A program made the translations under genes and the position numbers. From a virus (taxonomy: Duplodnaviria; Caudoviricetes), in IMG/VR virus record IMGVR_UViG_3300017990_000017, positions 737-64,736 of that record: 64,000 nucleotides of DNA; one strand, written 5' to 3'. Positions 54,901 through 64,000 of this stretch are shown here, piece after piece. Position 1 is the stretch's first letter. Every line of letters starts with the position of its first letter. The notes below the pieces were generated by a model, which saw nothing but the letters and a program-made list of their open reading frames with translations, was not told the DNA's origin and did no database searches.

Positions 54901-57810
54901 TTGGTCCTTGCCAACCCGCGACTGCTGTCCGGGTACCGTCCGGCGTCCGAGCCCGCTGCTGCGGAAGCCTATCACTCTGCGGGCACCGCCATCGACATCA
55001 CGTGGTTCGATGGCGGTCGTGATGCTGCGAAGAGGAATGGCATCACGGACGTGCACAACGAGGTGATCCGCATTGTTCGGACGGTGGTGGCGCAAGCTTA
55101 CAGCGAGGGTCTTATTCAAGGCATGGGGTTCTACATCCTCAACAAGAGCGAGGGCGGCACGTTCACCCACACCGACCGTCGCGGACAAGGTGCACGACGA
55201 CAACTCCAGCAGCAACGTCAGGCTTTGCGCGAAGAGTATGAAGCTGGTCGTCGAGAACCCCCCACCAATGAACGAAAGCGGAGAAAGTTCTTCAAGATCA
55301 TCGGTAAGCGAGATCCACAAGGGATCGTCAATACTAAGGAGAAGTCGGCGGCACCGGGCCCGGCTCGACGTGGCAAGTGGACTGAGAACGCGGAAAGCTG
55401 GGGAGACTTCGTCAGGAACAACAACCTCGACATTCCGCTTGGCTGGGCCAATGTGTCTGCGGTCGAGGACAAGGTCGTCATCACGAACGATCCCGCGACT
55501 GACCCTCCTGCCGATCCGCCCGAGAACACGACACCACCCGAGCCCGTACCGCTCCCCCCGCCTCCCGAGAAGCTTCCGACGGTCGAGGTGTTTGAGCAGA
55601 ACTTGAACACCGCTCGCACCGTGGTGCAGTTCCTGCCTACGACCAAGAGTTCGGGTGCGAACCGTCGAGCTCCCGAGGTCATTCTCGGCACCGGAACTTG
55701 TCGGAAGGGTTTGCAGATCGCTCGAGGCCCCAACCGGACACCGGAGGTGGTCACGACGGATCAGATCCAACGTATCTCGTTCGTACGGCACCAGGCCGGC
55801 AAGTTCATGCAGGTCGTGGGCACGTCTCAGAACTCAGGTTCGACCGTGTTCAAGGGAGTCGCGTTCCAGAAGAACGTGACGCAGAAGTTCGATCAGGCGG
55901 TGCAGAACCTGTCGGACCCAAACGTGACCGTGGACTCGATCTTCCGCCCCATCTACGACCAGATCGCGGAGGACTTGGCTTCGGACGCGGCCATCGTGCC
56001 TGACATCGATGAGAACGGCGACATCCTCATTGACGAGGACGCCAACCTGAACATCAAGCTCGTGCCTTTCGAGGATGTGCTGACCGTGGAGAACGCCCGT
56101 GTCCCGGCGTCGGTGCAGGAGCAGCTTGCCCAGGGCGGCATCGGAACAGATACGGACCCGTACTTCCTTGGCGACTTCACGTTCACGCAGCTTGCTCTGA
56201 TCGAGGGATATGTGCCCAAGGGTCCGCGCAAGGATGACTCGCAAAACTGGCAGCAGCCTGCTCGCAACGCTGCGAGCAACATCGCGTTGGAGGTTATCCG
56301 ACAGATCGAGCGTGGCAACAACCTGACGGGGCCCGACAACTGGCCTGGGTACCTGACCTTGGTCAAGAACATTCAGCAGGGAGACAACGCGGACAAGCAG
56401 ACCAAGCTGTCGCGGCTCAACACGGCTTTCAACGACGCCATGACCAAAGCCTTCGGTGCGAACGAAGCTGAGGCCGTCACGACACCCAATGAGGCTAACG
56501 AGAAGGCCGTCAAAGAAGGCAAGATTGAAAGTCCGATCCACTCCCCGGTGTTCCCTGTCTCGGATGAGAAGGGGTACGAGCACTACGGTGCTTACCGTTA
56601 CGGTCGTGGTTTGTCGGTCGAGCCTGGAGGCACCTGGGAGTTCATCCACAACAAGAACGGCGACCCCTTCAAGAACGTGACGGCACAGTCGGCCGAAGAG
56701 TTCTTGAACGTTTTGACCCTCGTGAAGACGGGTCGTATCGATGGTGATACTTCATTCTTCAATGTCGCTGCTGCGAGAGAAGCTGCGCTCGACTTTTTTA
56801 CGAACATCTTCTCGCAAAAGCAGGATCCTCTTTCGACCGAAGGGTTGAGTCCTGACGTGGCGGCACAGGGACGGGAAGCACAAGCCGGAGCTACGGCTAC
56901 CGTGGGAGAAGGGGATGTGGTTCGAAAGACCGGGCTTAGCGAGCTCGAGCGCGCTCAGGTTGAGCAGTCTGTTCAGGATTTGGCTCAAACAATCACGCGG
57001 CTTGGCCAAACGGCGCGTGGTCGTGACGTTCTACGAGAACTTCTCGAAGCCAACGGTGACGATCCGAACATCTTGAAGGGGAAGTCCTTCGATATCTCGG
57101 ACACTCAGTTCACGCGCAACTTCGTGAACTACGCTGTCAACTTCGGCAAGAGCCCCGTGTTCAAGACCACGGTCTCGAACGCGGCGTATCGACTTTCGGA
57201 TTTGACCTCCCATCTACTGAACCGAGCAGGTCAGACCTGTATCTGTCGTGGTACGGATGCCGACGTGACACTTGAGGCGTACTCGCGTACCGGATTCATC
57301 ACGGCCCCGGGTATCGACCAGGAAAACGAGAAGGCCGAGGCGTTTGCCAGCGAGACGGCGATCAAACAAGAGACTCCCCACGCGCTTCAACAGAAGGCTC
57401 AGCGCGGCGAAATCACCGGCGAACAACCGGATGCCTCCACGTTCCAAGAAACGGTGGCGCCGGGCCAAGGAACTCCTCTTCCGTCTGTGTCAGAGGATCC
57501 TGGCACGGTGTCCGCTGAAAACCCGCCTACCACTGCGAACATCGAAGACCTCGGGACTATAAACCTGACATTCGATCCCGACACTCTAGAGCTGATCGGG
57601 GCCACGGCTGTGGGGACGGAGGGTCCCGTGGATGTTTTGGCTGACGAGGGTGGAACGCAGATTGAACCGACCAATCCCCTTGACAATTTGACCCCAGGGC
57701 AAGTTGCTGCTTTGCAGCAGGAGACGGGGCTTACCGGGGCGCAACTCTCCGCAGCGCTTGAAGCGGGTGAGATTGACCTGAGCATTCTTGGAGAGGACTT
57801 CGATGGGTAG
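51934..57810 (+). CDS. Baseplate hub protein (1958 aa) with internal peptidase M15-like domain
   Basis: Hub motifs YEFYQDVDGDLVFKPPF and IRAELRPGYPVY..YYI..LSHSF; internal SGYR..H..G.AID..GMGFY..FTHTD.R. Confidence 0.7.
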   Translation: MGNIEDRPYAGTWVLNNRSVVKYTPDALVFINGDTSLPGCARCRGRIEVQRFVTGMSVEAGTDPVSHSASIQLALPRVQGKQVFIDGYNILRPGLEVHIFMRGYFPIRGMFSHLSGQPSGPDAQGSPSDANQLDLSKYATYPYYPVFHGLITQVNYEYSDGFYYGSLNCTSLLHFWQYVNITTAGAWRGQSKRPYDDTGRTTLYGHNFNNTHPFAIIYTLYKDVAGSAAGVDFALSEETNVDATADSFGNSDRQIFSMVSLYWEQRFKTRIQNLRMYGVNGQLFNAAQQAWLGTNRDVNGLIESSTANDPTTTLTASDPFSARYSVAKSLGLQQAGADFTFSPLIQQDNEFFNLSVLDMFAFNQSIGEMGANNLWQTTYQTKMDIAQRVMEVTGYEFYQDVDGDLVFKPPFWNLDTAPNRYYRLEDSDIINITFTEKEPNATYIIVRGVWIPGLTDVTPPDDVLLKRGLYIDYKLVAQFGWRPAPTLELTYVIDPKVLFWIGVARLDALNVDTFSASATIPIRAELRPGYPVYIPFADCYYYIRQLSHSFSFGGTCTTSLVLTCRRAKWHAPGFLEPPPPGKSAIEQIRLDRPDLPPRPLEAIVNDVPRWVGFPNVVMALDPRKFNPNFSVVGVGIDYFDQFDECTSADLLFDWIVRDVALLNAFEIDVPSQSPDGNTVIEDPTQVTRLKFRNSQNEWISFTVDDLVRGFADYRSARSPVEETNLEVNKQADLVAEKDRNFNAFKLAQKAGGKTKGNPDSDRASATDRLDVLRGEQQNELVKFRQTVSASPSIDTLVQIFEALQPNSNKPIRRKIDGIPGSDVRLSYFESLGALKGQYLAGSIPGNYRYFSCSHPFESQQGMPVVRWDDGKRSKGSSRSVPRRGSTRSNRGGRRSATTAVQGRLPDIFQTLQAATDQLPNIDRWFDPNQRNGEFRKWSGLTSKRGRAAREQMDPEVAQRLVDITSAANTIVQRVLDFPGYSDLISRGKGLVLANPRLLSGYRPASEPAAAEAYHSAGTAIDITWFDGGRDAAKRNGITDVHNEVIRIVRTVVAQAYSEGLIQGMGFYILNKSEGGTFTHTDRRGQGARRQLQQQRQALREEYEAGRREPPTNERKRRKFFKIIGKRDPQGIVNTKEKSAAPGPARRGKWTENAESWGDFVRNNNLDIPLGWANVSAVEDKVVITNDPATDPPADPPENTTPPEPVPLPPPPEKLPTVEVFEQNLNTARTVVQFLPTTKSSGANRRAPEVILGTGTCRKGLQIARGPNRTPEVVTTDQIQRISFVRHQAGKFMQVVGTSQNSGSTVFKGVAFQKNVTQKFDQAVQNLSDPNVTVDSIFRPIYDQIAEDLASDAAIVPDIDENGDILIDEDANLNIKLVPFEDVLTVENARVPASVQEQLAQGGIGTDTDPYFLGDFTFTQLALIEGYVPKGPRKDDSQNWQQPARNAASNIALEVIRQIERGNNLTGPDNWPGYLTLVKNIQQGDNADKQTKLSRLNTAFNDAMTKAFGANEAEAVTTPNEANEKAVKEGKIESPIHSPVFPVSDEKGYEHYGAYRYGRGLSVEPGGTWEFIHNKNGDPFKNVTAQSAEEFLNVLTLVKTGRIDGDTSFFNVAAAREAALDFFTNIFSQKQDPLSTEGLSPDVAAQGREAQAGATATVGEGDVVRKTGLSELERAQVEQSVQDLAQTITRLGQTARGRDVLRELLEANGDDPNILKGKSFDISDTQFTRNFVNYAVNFGKSPVFKTTVSNAAYRLSDLTSHLLNRAGQTCICRGTDADVTLEAYSRTGFITAPGIDQENEKAEAFASETAIKQETPHALQQKAQRGEITGEQPDASTFQETVAPGQGTPLPSVSEDPGTVSAENPPTTANIEDLGTINLTFDPDTLELIGATAVGTEGPVDVLADEGGTQIEPTNPLDNLTPGQVAALQQETGLTGAQLSAALEAGEIDLSILGEDFDG

Positions 57811-60226
57811 TCGTCCTCCTTCCTCGTTCCTTACGCGACAGATCCCTACTGCCAAGATGCAGGGGGACGTGTCGGGGATGTACCTGACGCGCACGCAGGA
57901 TCCCAGTACGGGCCCTGCCGCGTATGCGCTTGGCATCGCTCGTGTCACTCGAGTGGACTACGCCAAGCACAAGATCCAGCTTCAGATCATTCACGGAGAA
58001 CGGGACTACTACGACTGGACGGCGATGCCGGCCGGATGCCCAGGCGCTGGTTCGCGGCATTTCATCGGCGCTCTCCCTGAGCCTGGGGACATCGCGGTCG
58101 TCGGGTGGATGTCGGCGGACTCCAAGATCCCCATCGTTCTGACGTACATGCCGATTGGCGTGGAGTCGGGTAACGAGTGGACGCCGGTGCAGTCGTTCAT
58201 GCCGACCGAGGTTGACATGAACCCCCAAACGCGGGCCCACTACGAGGGCATCTACGGTCGCTACCGACACAAGATGCGAGCGATGCGTCCGGGCTGCATC
58301 TGCCTGTCTTCGAGCCAAGGCTCGGACATCATCATGGACGAGAGCGTCTTGATCACGAACCGTCGAGCGACGGAGATCCGTCTTCGTGATCATGATCAGG
58401 CTATCGTCTTCCGCTCCTTGGCTCAGTTCCACGCGATGGGCGGTGCTCGCATCTACGGGGGCATGGTTCAGCGCGATGCTCAGTTCCTGCCGTCCCGGAT
58501 GGTCAGCGACGGCATCAACTGGACTGCGGGAGTTCAGGTGGACAGCAACGGAAACCCGTTGTCGGAAGACCAGCTCGGTAACTCACCAACCCCCGCCGGG
58601 GCCTTGACGCCCCACCGTGTCTTCCTTCGTTCGAACGCCACGTTGCCGTTCGCGGACAGCGGGATCTCGATCGACAGCAACGTGGACCCCTACAGTTTCC
58701 TTTCGCGAGGCTACTTCATCGGTTCCGATGGCTATGTCTACGACCCGTCTCGTATCCGGTCGGAGGCTGAGTATGGCGGCAAGCCGATGTGGCGTGTTGC
58801 GTACGACCCCAACCCTGAGAACGTGAACCTCCCGGGAAACTCTTTCACGGCGCTTGACGGCACCGACTCTGACACCCTGACGGAGTACCGTATCGAGCTC
58901 GATCACTCGTGGGATGGCACGTTGCCCGTCACCGAGCAGACGGACGGGTTCGATGCAGACCGGCTTCCTTCAGACAACGTGCAGGATGGAGCCACCTCGT
59001 CGAGCGGACCGTACCTCCAGTGGGTCCTGGGTTCCGTGGTGGGCAACGACCCCTACACGAGTCGAGGACGGACTCTGTACGGTCTCCCTCTCGCGCCTCA
59101 GATCTTCTCGGAGGACCGTGTCGATCCAAGGCTGCAATCCGGGCTTGGTCTCCCTATCGGTGAGCACGGCGCTTCCCTGTTCCGTGTGGAGTCTCCGATC
59201 GACAACCCCGCGACCATCCCTCCCATGTTCGTTTCGACGACGAAGGACGGTCGCGTCAAGGGGTTCCTCAGCGGACCGCAGGATCAAAACTCGCTCGAGC
59301 TCGCGATGAACGGCGGCATGAGGCTTCAGGCAAACGGCCCGATGATCTTCGATGCTTCCAACGTCGTGTTCAATTGTCGGAACGGCGATCCGACGAACAA
59401 CTACGCCGCGCTGCTCACTTCGGACACAGGGGCAATTGCCATTCGAGGAAACGCTCCGACGACACAGGGCAGCTTCTCGGCTCGAACGACTTCTCAGGAT
59501 CTCCAGGAGAGCAACTTCCCGCACACGTTGGTCGAGAGCCCGAGCGGCAGCACACACATCAAGTCGGGTCGTTTCACGAAGATCACCGGGGCCAACGGCA
59601 TCCAGCTCGTGGACACGAATGAAGTGCTGATGACTGCCAAGCAGTCCATCAACATGTTCGCGGACAAGGCCCTGCTCCAGTGCAACACGCACGACAAAAC
59701 GGTGCAGGGCAAGGAGACCCAGCTCTACTCGGGGCCGAAAAACTTCCTGCCCACCAACGCGCCGATGCGCGAGATCAAATTCATCTCGAACCCGTTGACG
59801 GGTCACGCGGGTGGCAACACGGACTCGTACTTCATGTTGTTTGGAGACCGCGTCGAGAGATTCGTGTTTGGTAGTCATCGAACCACGGTGGCGGTGGGCA
59901 ACATCACGCACTCGACGGCTCTTGGTTCGGTGACGAACCGCGCGGGGGTAAATCAGATTCGCGTAGGGACCACTGCGGGTATCAGCACGTTCTCGGCTAC
60001 GACGACGAGCATGGTTTCGACGCTGGCTACAACCATCAACGCGCTTGCGTCCGTCACTGTGAGGAGTCTTGGGCGGGCCAAGCTGTCGGGCATCGTGACG
60101 ACGCTTGGAGGATCTGGGCCTCCTGGTCGAATCCTCAGCAGCACCGACCGTGATCCTCTCACGAACCTTCCGTTCTCCTTCTTTGGGCTGGGCAGTCCGG
60201 GGCACCGCCTCGGCCCGCCGATCTAG
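57803..60226 (+). CDS. Baseplate central spike (gp5/gpV-like)
   Basis: OB-fold-like ARVTRVDY..GALPEPGDIAVVGW and a beta-rich C-terminus; ATG 57803 with GAGAGG RBS. Confidence 0.65.
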   Translation: MGSRPPSSFLTRQIPTAKMQGDVSGMYLTRTQDPSTGPAAYALGIARVTRVDYAKHKIQLQIIHGERDYYDWTAMPAGCPGAGSRHFIGALPEPGDIAVVGWMSADSKIPIVLTYMPIGVESGNEWTPVQSFMPTEVDMNPQTRAHYEGIYGRYRHKMRAMRPGCICLSSSQGSDIIMDESVLITNRRATEIRLRDHDQAIVFRSLAQFHAMGGARIYGGMVQRDAQFLPSRMVSDGINWTAGVQVDSNGNPLSEDQLGNSPTPAGALTPHRVFLRSNATLPFADSGISIDSNVDPYSFLSRGYFIGSDGYVYDPSRIRSEAEYGGKPMWRVAYDPNPENVNLPGNSFTALDGTDSDTLTEYRIELDHSWDGTLPVTEQTDGFDADRLPSDNVQDGATSSSGPYLQWVLGSVVGNDPYTSRGRTLYGLPLAPQIFSEDRVDPRLQSGLGLPIGEHGASLFRVESPIDNPATIPPMFVSTTKDGRVKGFLSGPQDQNSLELAMNGGMRLQANGPMIFDASNVVFNCRNGDPTNNYAALLTSDTGAIAIRGNAPTTQGSFSARTTSQDLQESNFPHTLVESPSGSTHIKSGRFTKITGANGIQLVDTNEVLMTAKQSINMFADKALLQCNTHDKTVQGKETQLYSGPKNFLPTNAPMREIKFISNPLTGHAGGNTDSYFMLFGDRVERFVFGSHRTTVAVGNITHSTALGSVTNRAGVNQIRVGTTAGISTFSATTTSMVSTLATTINALASVTVRSLGRAKLSGIVTTLGGSGPPGRILSSTDRDPLTNLPFSFFGLGSPGHRLGPPI

Positions 60227-60232
60227 TGCTGT

Positions 60233-60817
60233 ATGGCGTTGACGATTCCATCTTTGACAGGTGCCATCATCGCGGTGGCACAGGCGCAGTTCCCGGGCTC
60301 CCAGGTGACGCCCAAACTCGCGCAAGCAGTTTCACAATCCGTCATTTCGTGGATTTCTGTCCCGACGAACGTGACGGTTCAGGGGGTCACGGCAGGGACC
60401 GCTGGGGCTGGGAGCGTAAACGGGAAATTGACGTTCAGTGGGCCGGCGAGTCTCGTGTCTTCGGGCCTGACCCAGGCGGGCGTGACAGGCCCCACGGCGC
60501 CTCCTATCGGCGGCTCGGTGGGTCGAGGTCTCCTGGCTACCTTGAACTCCTCGGCTCAGTACACGGGCGCCTCTGCGGGCGTAGCGGTGGGTACGGACGT
60601 GTCGAAGGTCAGCAACGCAAACGCAGCGGCCCTTATCCCCCTCCTCGTCGCAAACCTCGGATCTCAAAGCATCGGCGGCACGAGTGCAACGCAACTCGCT
60701 GCGGGTCTCGGACGGGGGATCGCAGATGTCGTCAAAACCGGCACCGGCTTTGGTGGTGTCGTTGGGGTTCCCTCACCTACCGGGGCCGTCGGCACCAGTG
60801 TGTCGGTAGTATTTTGA
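60233..60817 (+). CDS. Gly/Ala-rich baseplate-region protein
   Basis: 194-aa ORF immediately after the spike gene. Confidence 0.6.
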   Translation: MALTIPSLTGAIIAVAQAQFPGSQVTPKLAQAVSQSVISWISVPTNVTVQGVTAGTAGAGSVNGKLTFSGPASLVSSGLTQAGVTGPTAPPIGGSVGRGLLATLNSSAQYTGASAGVAVGTDVSKVSNANAAALIPLLVANLGSQSIGGTSATQLAAGLGRGIADVVKTGTGFGGVVGVPSPTGAVGTSVSVVF

Positions 60818-60824
60818 GCAGCTC

Positions 60825-63800
60825 ATGGGCTTCGATTTCACAGGATTTGTCCTTCGTGCGCCTCGCGTGGCGCCGGCTAACGCCCAAACTACGGACGAGG
60901 CCGTCAACGGCGTAGATCGGGACTTCAAACCGCTTAGCAGCGACTACACCATTCCGTCCCCGGAACTCGTCGAGATCGGTGCCGACCAGTACCGGGCCGC
61001 TGTGCTCCTGCGTCCCAACGACGGCCAGACCGAGTACCTCGTTTGGGCCGCGAACACCGCGAATCTCTCGGACATCGGTGGCTTCGAGATTCGGAACGAA
61101 GCGAACGCGACGTTCCCGAACAGCACCGGCGTCATCGTCTCCGACAACAACAACATCTTCGGATCAGCAGGCAGCACTCGCGTCATCGTCATCGACGATG
61201 CGAACCGCAACATCGCTGACATCACGAGCTTGATCGTCCGGCGTGGAGACACGGGGGACGAGTTTGAGCTCGTCGGTAACGGAACCTGGAACACCGTCAG
61301 CGGCATCTTCCAGATCACCGATGAGCAAACCCTCATCGATCTTGGTGGTGGTGTCTCGTCGGGCCGTGGTGACAGAGCCACGACGATCACGTACACGTTG
61401 CTTGCTCCGTCCTTCTGGTGGACGAAGAACGACATCTACGGCAACCGGTTCGTTTGGGACGGCCAGTTGAACCGTTGGCGTCCTCTTCGTGGTACGCCGC
61501 CTCGCAATCTGGGCACGTTGCTCGCAGACACCGACTACACGCTCTCTCCGGCGCCTCGGGTGAACGTGGAGGACTTTCTGCCGGGCAACAGCGGGGATCC
61601 AGATGCCTACTGCATGGTGCGCCTTGGTACGCGCCCGGATGCTTCGTCTCTTCCCGTGGCGCCCCCTGTGGGTTCATCAGGGTTCAGTGGCATCAAAGTC
61701 AAGACGGATTCCGAGCTCGAGGACTTCGATTTCTCGATGGAGCCCGAGCTCGCGGGTGTCGTCGGCCAGGACAGTGGCGAGCTCAAGTGGAACCCTGCCT
61801 TCGTGGAGGAGTTCGCAGGGCAGACGATCTTCTACTCGTACCGTCGCTTCGCCGAGGCAGATGAGGTCGAGCCTCTCGGGGACCTCGAGAACGCCAACCT
61901 CAACCTCCTGTTCTTGGCCCCCATCCCGGGGCCGACGGACTACCCTTTCATTCGTATCGGTACTCGCAAACCGCTCATCGTGAAGTTTGCCGATACGGAA
62001 GCGGACTTGTTCATCCTCACTCTCGAAGAAGGTGAGGTTGGTGTCGCGCTGTCCACGGGACGACTGAAGTTCGCTGAAGCGGACGTGGACAAAGCGGATC
62101 CCACCAGTGATGGGTTCGACAACACGTACCTCGGTGCGCAGGTGTTCTACGACGGGGTCTCGTTGACGAGGCAACCGGTGCCTCTTCGTAAGCCCGTGCA
62201 GCTCGTCAATAGCGGAGGAGATCCCACGGCTGTTGATGGCCAAAATCACAGTCTCTTCATCCCCGATGCCATCCCGACCCCGGGACCAGGCGTATCCGGG
62301 GTCACGCACATCCCGGATACGACGGGCACGATCCCCAACACATCAACGGCTCCTGGCATTCGTTTCGGTGGAGGATCGGGACTCATTCGGGCAATCGAAG
62401 GTCCATGGGACCTTATCCTGTTCACTTCGACCGGGCAGATCTCCAACGTCGACACGTTCGATGACGACGACGAGACCCCTCGGTTCCGGTTCCGCATCCC
62501 ACGGGGCACGGCTTTTGTGGATCTTCGTCAGGGTCCGGGGGGCAGTGAAGTCATCCTCGGGCGTCAGGATCTCAAGCGGTTCGACGGTGAAGAGATGTTC
62601 TTCCTTCAGCCGGCTGTGCAGCCCTCTGTCTACATGGAGGAGTGCCGCATGGTCTGCCGTGTGCGTGACGAGTTCACGCTTGTTGGCACCGAGGTCCTGG
62701 TCTTCGCGGTCAACAACCTCGAGGTGACCTGGGATGCTTCGACGGACCCAGGCGGTGTAGCCACTTCGGCAGGCGGGACCTTCACGCCTGAAGACATCGC
62801 CACGAGTCTCAACTCCCTGATGCCGCTTGACGGTGAGGTCATCGCTCAAAACGGGCGTGTCATCATCCAGTCCACGCTCGAAGTCAACGGATTCAGGTAC
62901 GGCGACATCGAGATCGGCTTTGGGCCCGGAGGAACCAAGGATCTGTCTGGTTGTGCCGCTTTGGGTCTGCTTCCGGGTTGGAGGATCCGCATCAACGATC
63001 CCAACATTCCGGAGCCACCGAACCTCAACTGGCTTCCGGACAACGGGGTCTCGGTTGGCCTGTTCCGCAGTCCTTTCAACCTGGACGGCAGCAAGAACAA
63101 CATCGCCGACGTGTACGACGTGGCGCGGTTCGAGGATGCCATCATCCTCTCCAGTATTTCTGCGTCACCAGTAGTGTTGCTGGATCGGGTACCTCTCGAG
63201 GACGTGGCCGGCTACGATGAAAACGTCTTCTTCCAAATTCAGGACGGTCTGGTTCAGTTCAACCTGAACAACTACGAGGATATCTTCTACCAGTTCGGGC
63301 AGGGGACCTTCTCGTGGGTGGATGAGAACCGAGAGCGAGACACGATCGAGCAACCGACGAACGCGCTGTTCCTGGGCAAGACGCAGATCATCGAGAACTC
63401 GCTGCGGCTTCCCGGAAAGGGTTTGCGGTTTTCGGCGTTCGGTCTTCCTTTCCAAGACCTTGTTCTGAATCAGGACTACCAGCTCGAGGTTGAAGGTGAC
63501 TCGGGCATCGCGTTGCTCATCGAAACCGTTGGGGCCTTGAAGCAGATCGGTGGTCGAGGGCTGTTCCTCGAAGGCCAGACCCTGTTCCAGGACACATCGA
63601 ATGACGTGGATTTCGTGGCCCTCGGGGTGAAGGCCGGGTGGCAGCTCAAGATCACGCAGGGAGACGCACAAGGCACCTACGTCGTCGCTGCCGATGCGAC
63701 CAGTGCTAATGCCCTGACTGTTGAGCAACCCTTCACGGCGGACGGCAGCACGATCCCATGGGAGCTCTACGAGGGAGTCACGCGCGAAGAGCAGGATCTC

Positions 63801-64000
63801 GGTGTCGTGGCCGATGCTCAGTACGAGCAGTTCAACCACCTCCCGTCTGACCCGTGGAAAATTCGTGTGCTGTCGCCTCTTGGTGATGTGCCGGCTGACG
63901 CGGATGCGCAGGAAGCCAACCGTCTCGTTGCGGTCTTGGGGCAAGCGCTTGAGAACCAGCGCACCATCTCGATTCGTTTTGGTCTTGGCCCCGAGAATGC
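60825..64000 (+). CDS. Very large baseplate/structural protein, 3'-truncated (>1050 aa); absent from the ORF track
   Basis: ATG 60825 gives MGFDFTGFVLRAPRVAPANAQTT... The same frame reads ..RTISIRFGLGPEN at the window end, and the track lists only shadow ORFs here. Confidence 0.75.
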   Translation, partial: MGFDFTGFVLRAPRVAPANAQTTDEAVNGVDRDFKPLSSDYTIPSPELVEIGADQYRAAVLLRPNDGQTEYLVWAANTANLSDIGGFEIRNEANATFPNSTGVIVSDNNNIFGSAGSTRVIVIDDANRNIADITSLIVRRGDTGDEFELVGNGTWNTVSGIFQITDEQTLIDLGGGVSSGRGDRATTITYTLLAPSFWWTKNDIYGNRFVWDGQLNRWRPLRGTPPRNLGTLLADTDYTLSPAPRVNVEDFLPGNSGDPDAYCMVRLGTRPDASSLPVAPPVGSSGFSGIKVKTDSELEDFDFSMEPELAGVVGQDSGELKWNPAFVEEFAGQTIFYSYRRFAEADEVEPLGDLENANLNLLFLAPIPGPTDYPFIRIGTRKPLIVKFADTEADLFILTLEEGEVGVALSTGRLKFAEADVDKADPTSDGFDNTYLGAQVFYDGVSLTRQPVPLRKPVQLVNSGGDPTAVDGQNHSLFIPDAIPTPGPGVSGVTHIPDTTGTIPNTSTAPGIRFGGGSGLIRAIEGPWDLILFTSTGQISNVDTFDDDDETPRFRFRIPRGTAFVDLRQGPGGSEVILGRQDLKRFDGEEMFFLQPAVQPSVYMEECRMVCRVRDEFTLVGTEVLVFAVNNLEVTWDASTDPGGVATSAGGTFTPEDIATSLNSLMPLDGEVIAQNGRVIIQSTLEVNGFRYGDIEIGFGPGGTKDLSGCAALGLLPGWRIRINDPNIPEPPNLNWLPDNGVSVGLFRSPFNLDGSKNNIADVYDVARFEDAIILSSISASPVVLLDRVPLEDVAGYDENVFFQIQDGLVQFNLNNYEDIFYQFGQGTFSWVDENRERDTIEQPTNALFLGKTQIIENSLRLPGKGLRFSAFGLPFQDLVLNQDYQLEVEGDSGIALLIETVGALKQIGGRGLFLEGQTLFQDTSNDVDFVALGVKAGWQLKITQGDAQGTYVVAADATSANALTVEQPFTADGSTIPWELYEGVTREEQDLGVVADAQYEQFNHLPSDPWKIRVLSPLGDVPADADAQEANRLVAVLGQALENQRTISIRFGLGPEN

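Noticed and set aside
30315-60226. Bacterial contractile injection system (eCIS/T6SS/tailocin) rather than a phage
   Set aside because: Adaptor and head-closure-like genes, homing endonucleases, an intein and a dedicated promoter motif favour a phage, although capsid, portal and terminase genes are not visible in this window.
1-64000. Stop-codon reassignment (TAG read as sense), since many genes end in TAG
   Set aside because: Long genes are intact under the standard code, TAG falls at homologous C-termini of paralogs, and it is often followed by out-of-frame starts with an RBS.
1-64000. tRNA, rRNA or CRISPR array
   Set aside because: No cloverleaf-like or regularly spaced repeat-spacer pattern was seen by eye in the few intergenic gaps; not checked with software.

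Overview
The window is a 64-kb, high-GC, almost entirely plus-strand virion morphogenesis module of a large contractile-tailed (jumbo myovirus-like) phage. In order it encodes three paralogous putative head-surface proteins, a head-tail adaptor, about nine modular fibre/appendage proteins, a probable spanin-like pair, neck proteins, an intein-containing actin-fold ATPase, a tail terminator, a 2485-aa tail sheath, tail tube, two chaperone-like genes, tape measure, two tube-initiator-like proteins, a baseplate hub carrying a peptidase M15-like domain, a spike, and a very large ORF running off the right end. Free-standing zinc-finger/endonuclease genes are interspersed. The most notable observations are: (1) the sheath carries seven 'A' half-repeats followed by seven 'B' half-repeats, consistent with a seven-deep nested domain, and a single intact A+B unit sits in one head protein; (2) the actin-like ATPase with a LAGLIDADG intein lies in the neck cluster; (3) a 2089-bp NaeI-like methyltransferase/HNH cassette flanked by a 9-bp direct repeat splits an endonuclease-methyltransferase fusion gene, and removing it restores the reading frame; (4) a recurrent putative late-promoter motif, one copy of which overlaps a hairpin hiding the ribosome-binding site of a homing endonuclease; (5) a conserved hairpin element in three leaders. 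All functional calls come from manual motif reading and synteny; no database searches were run.
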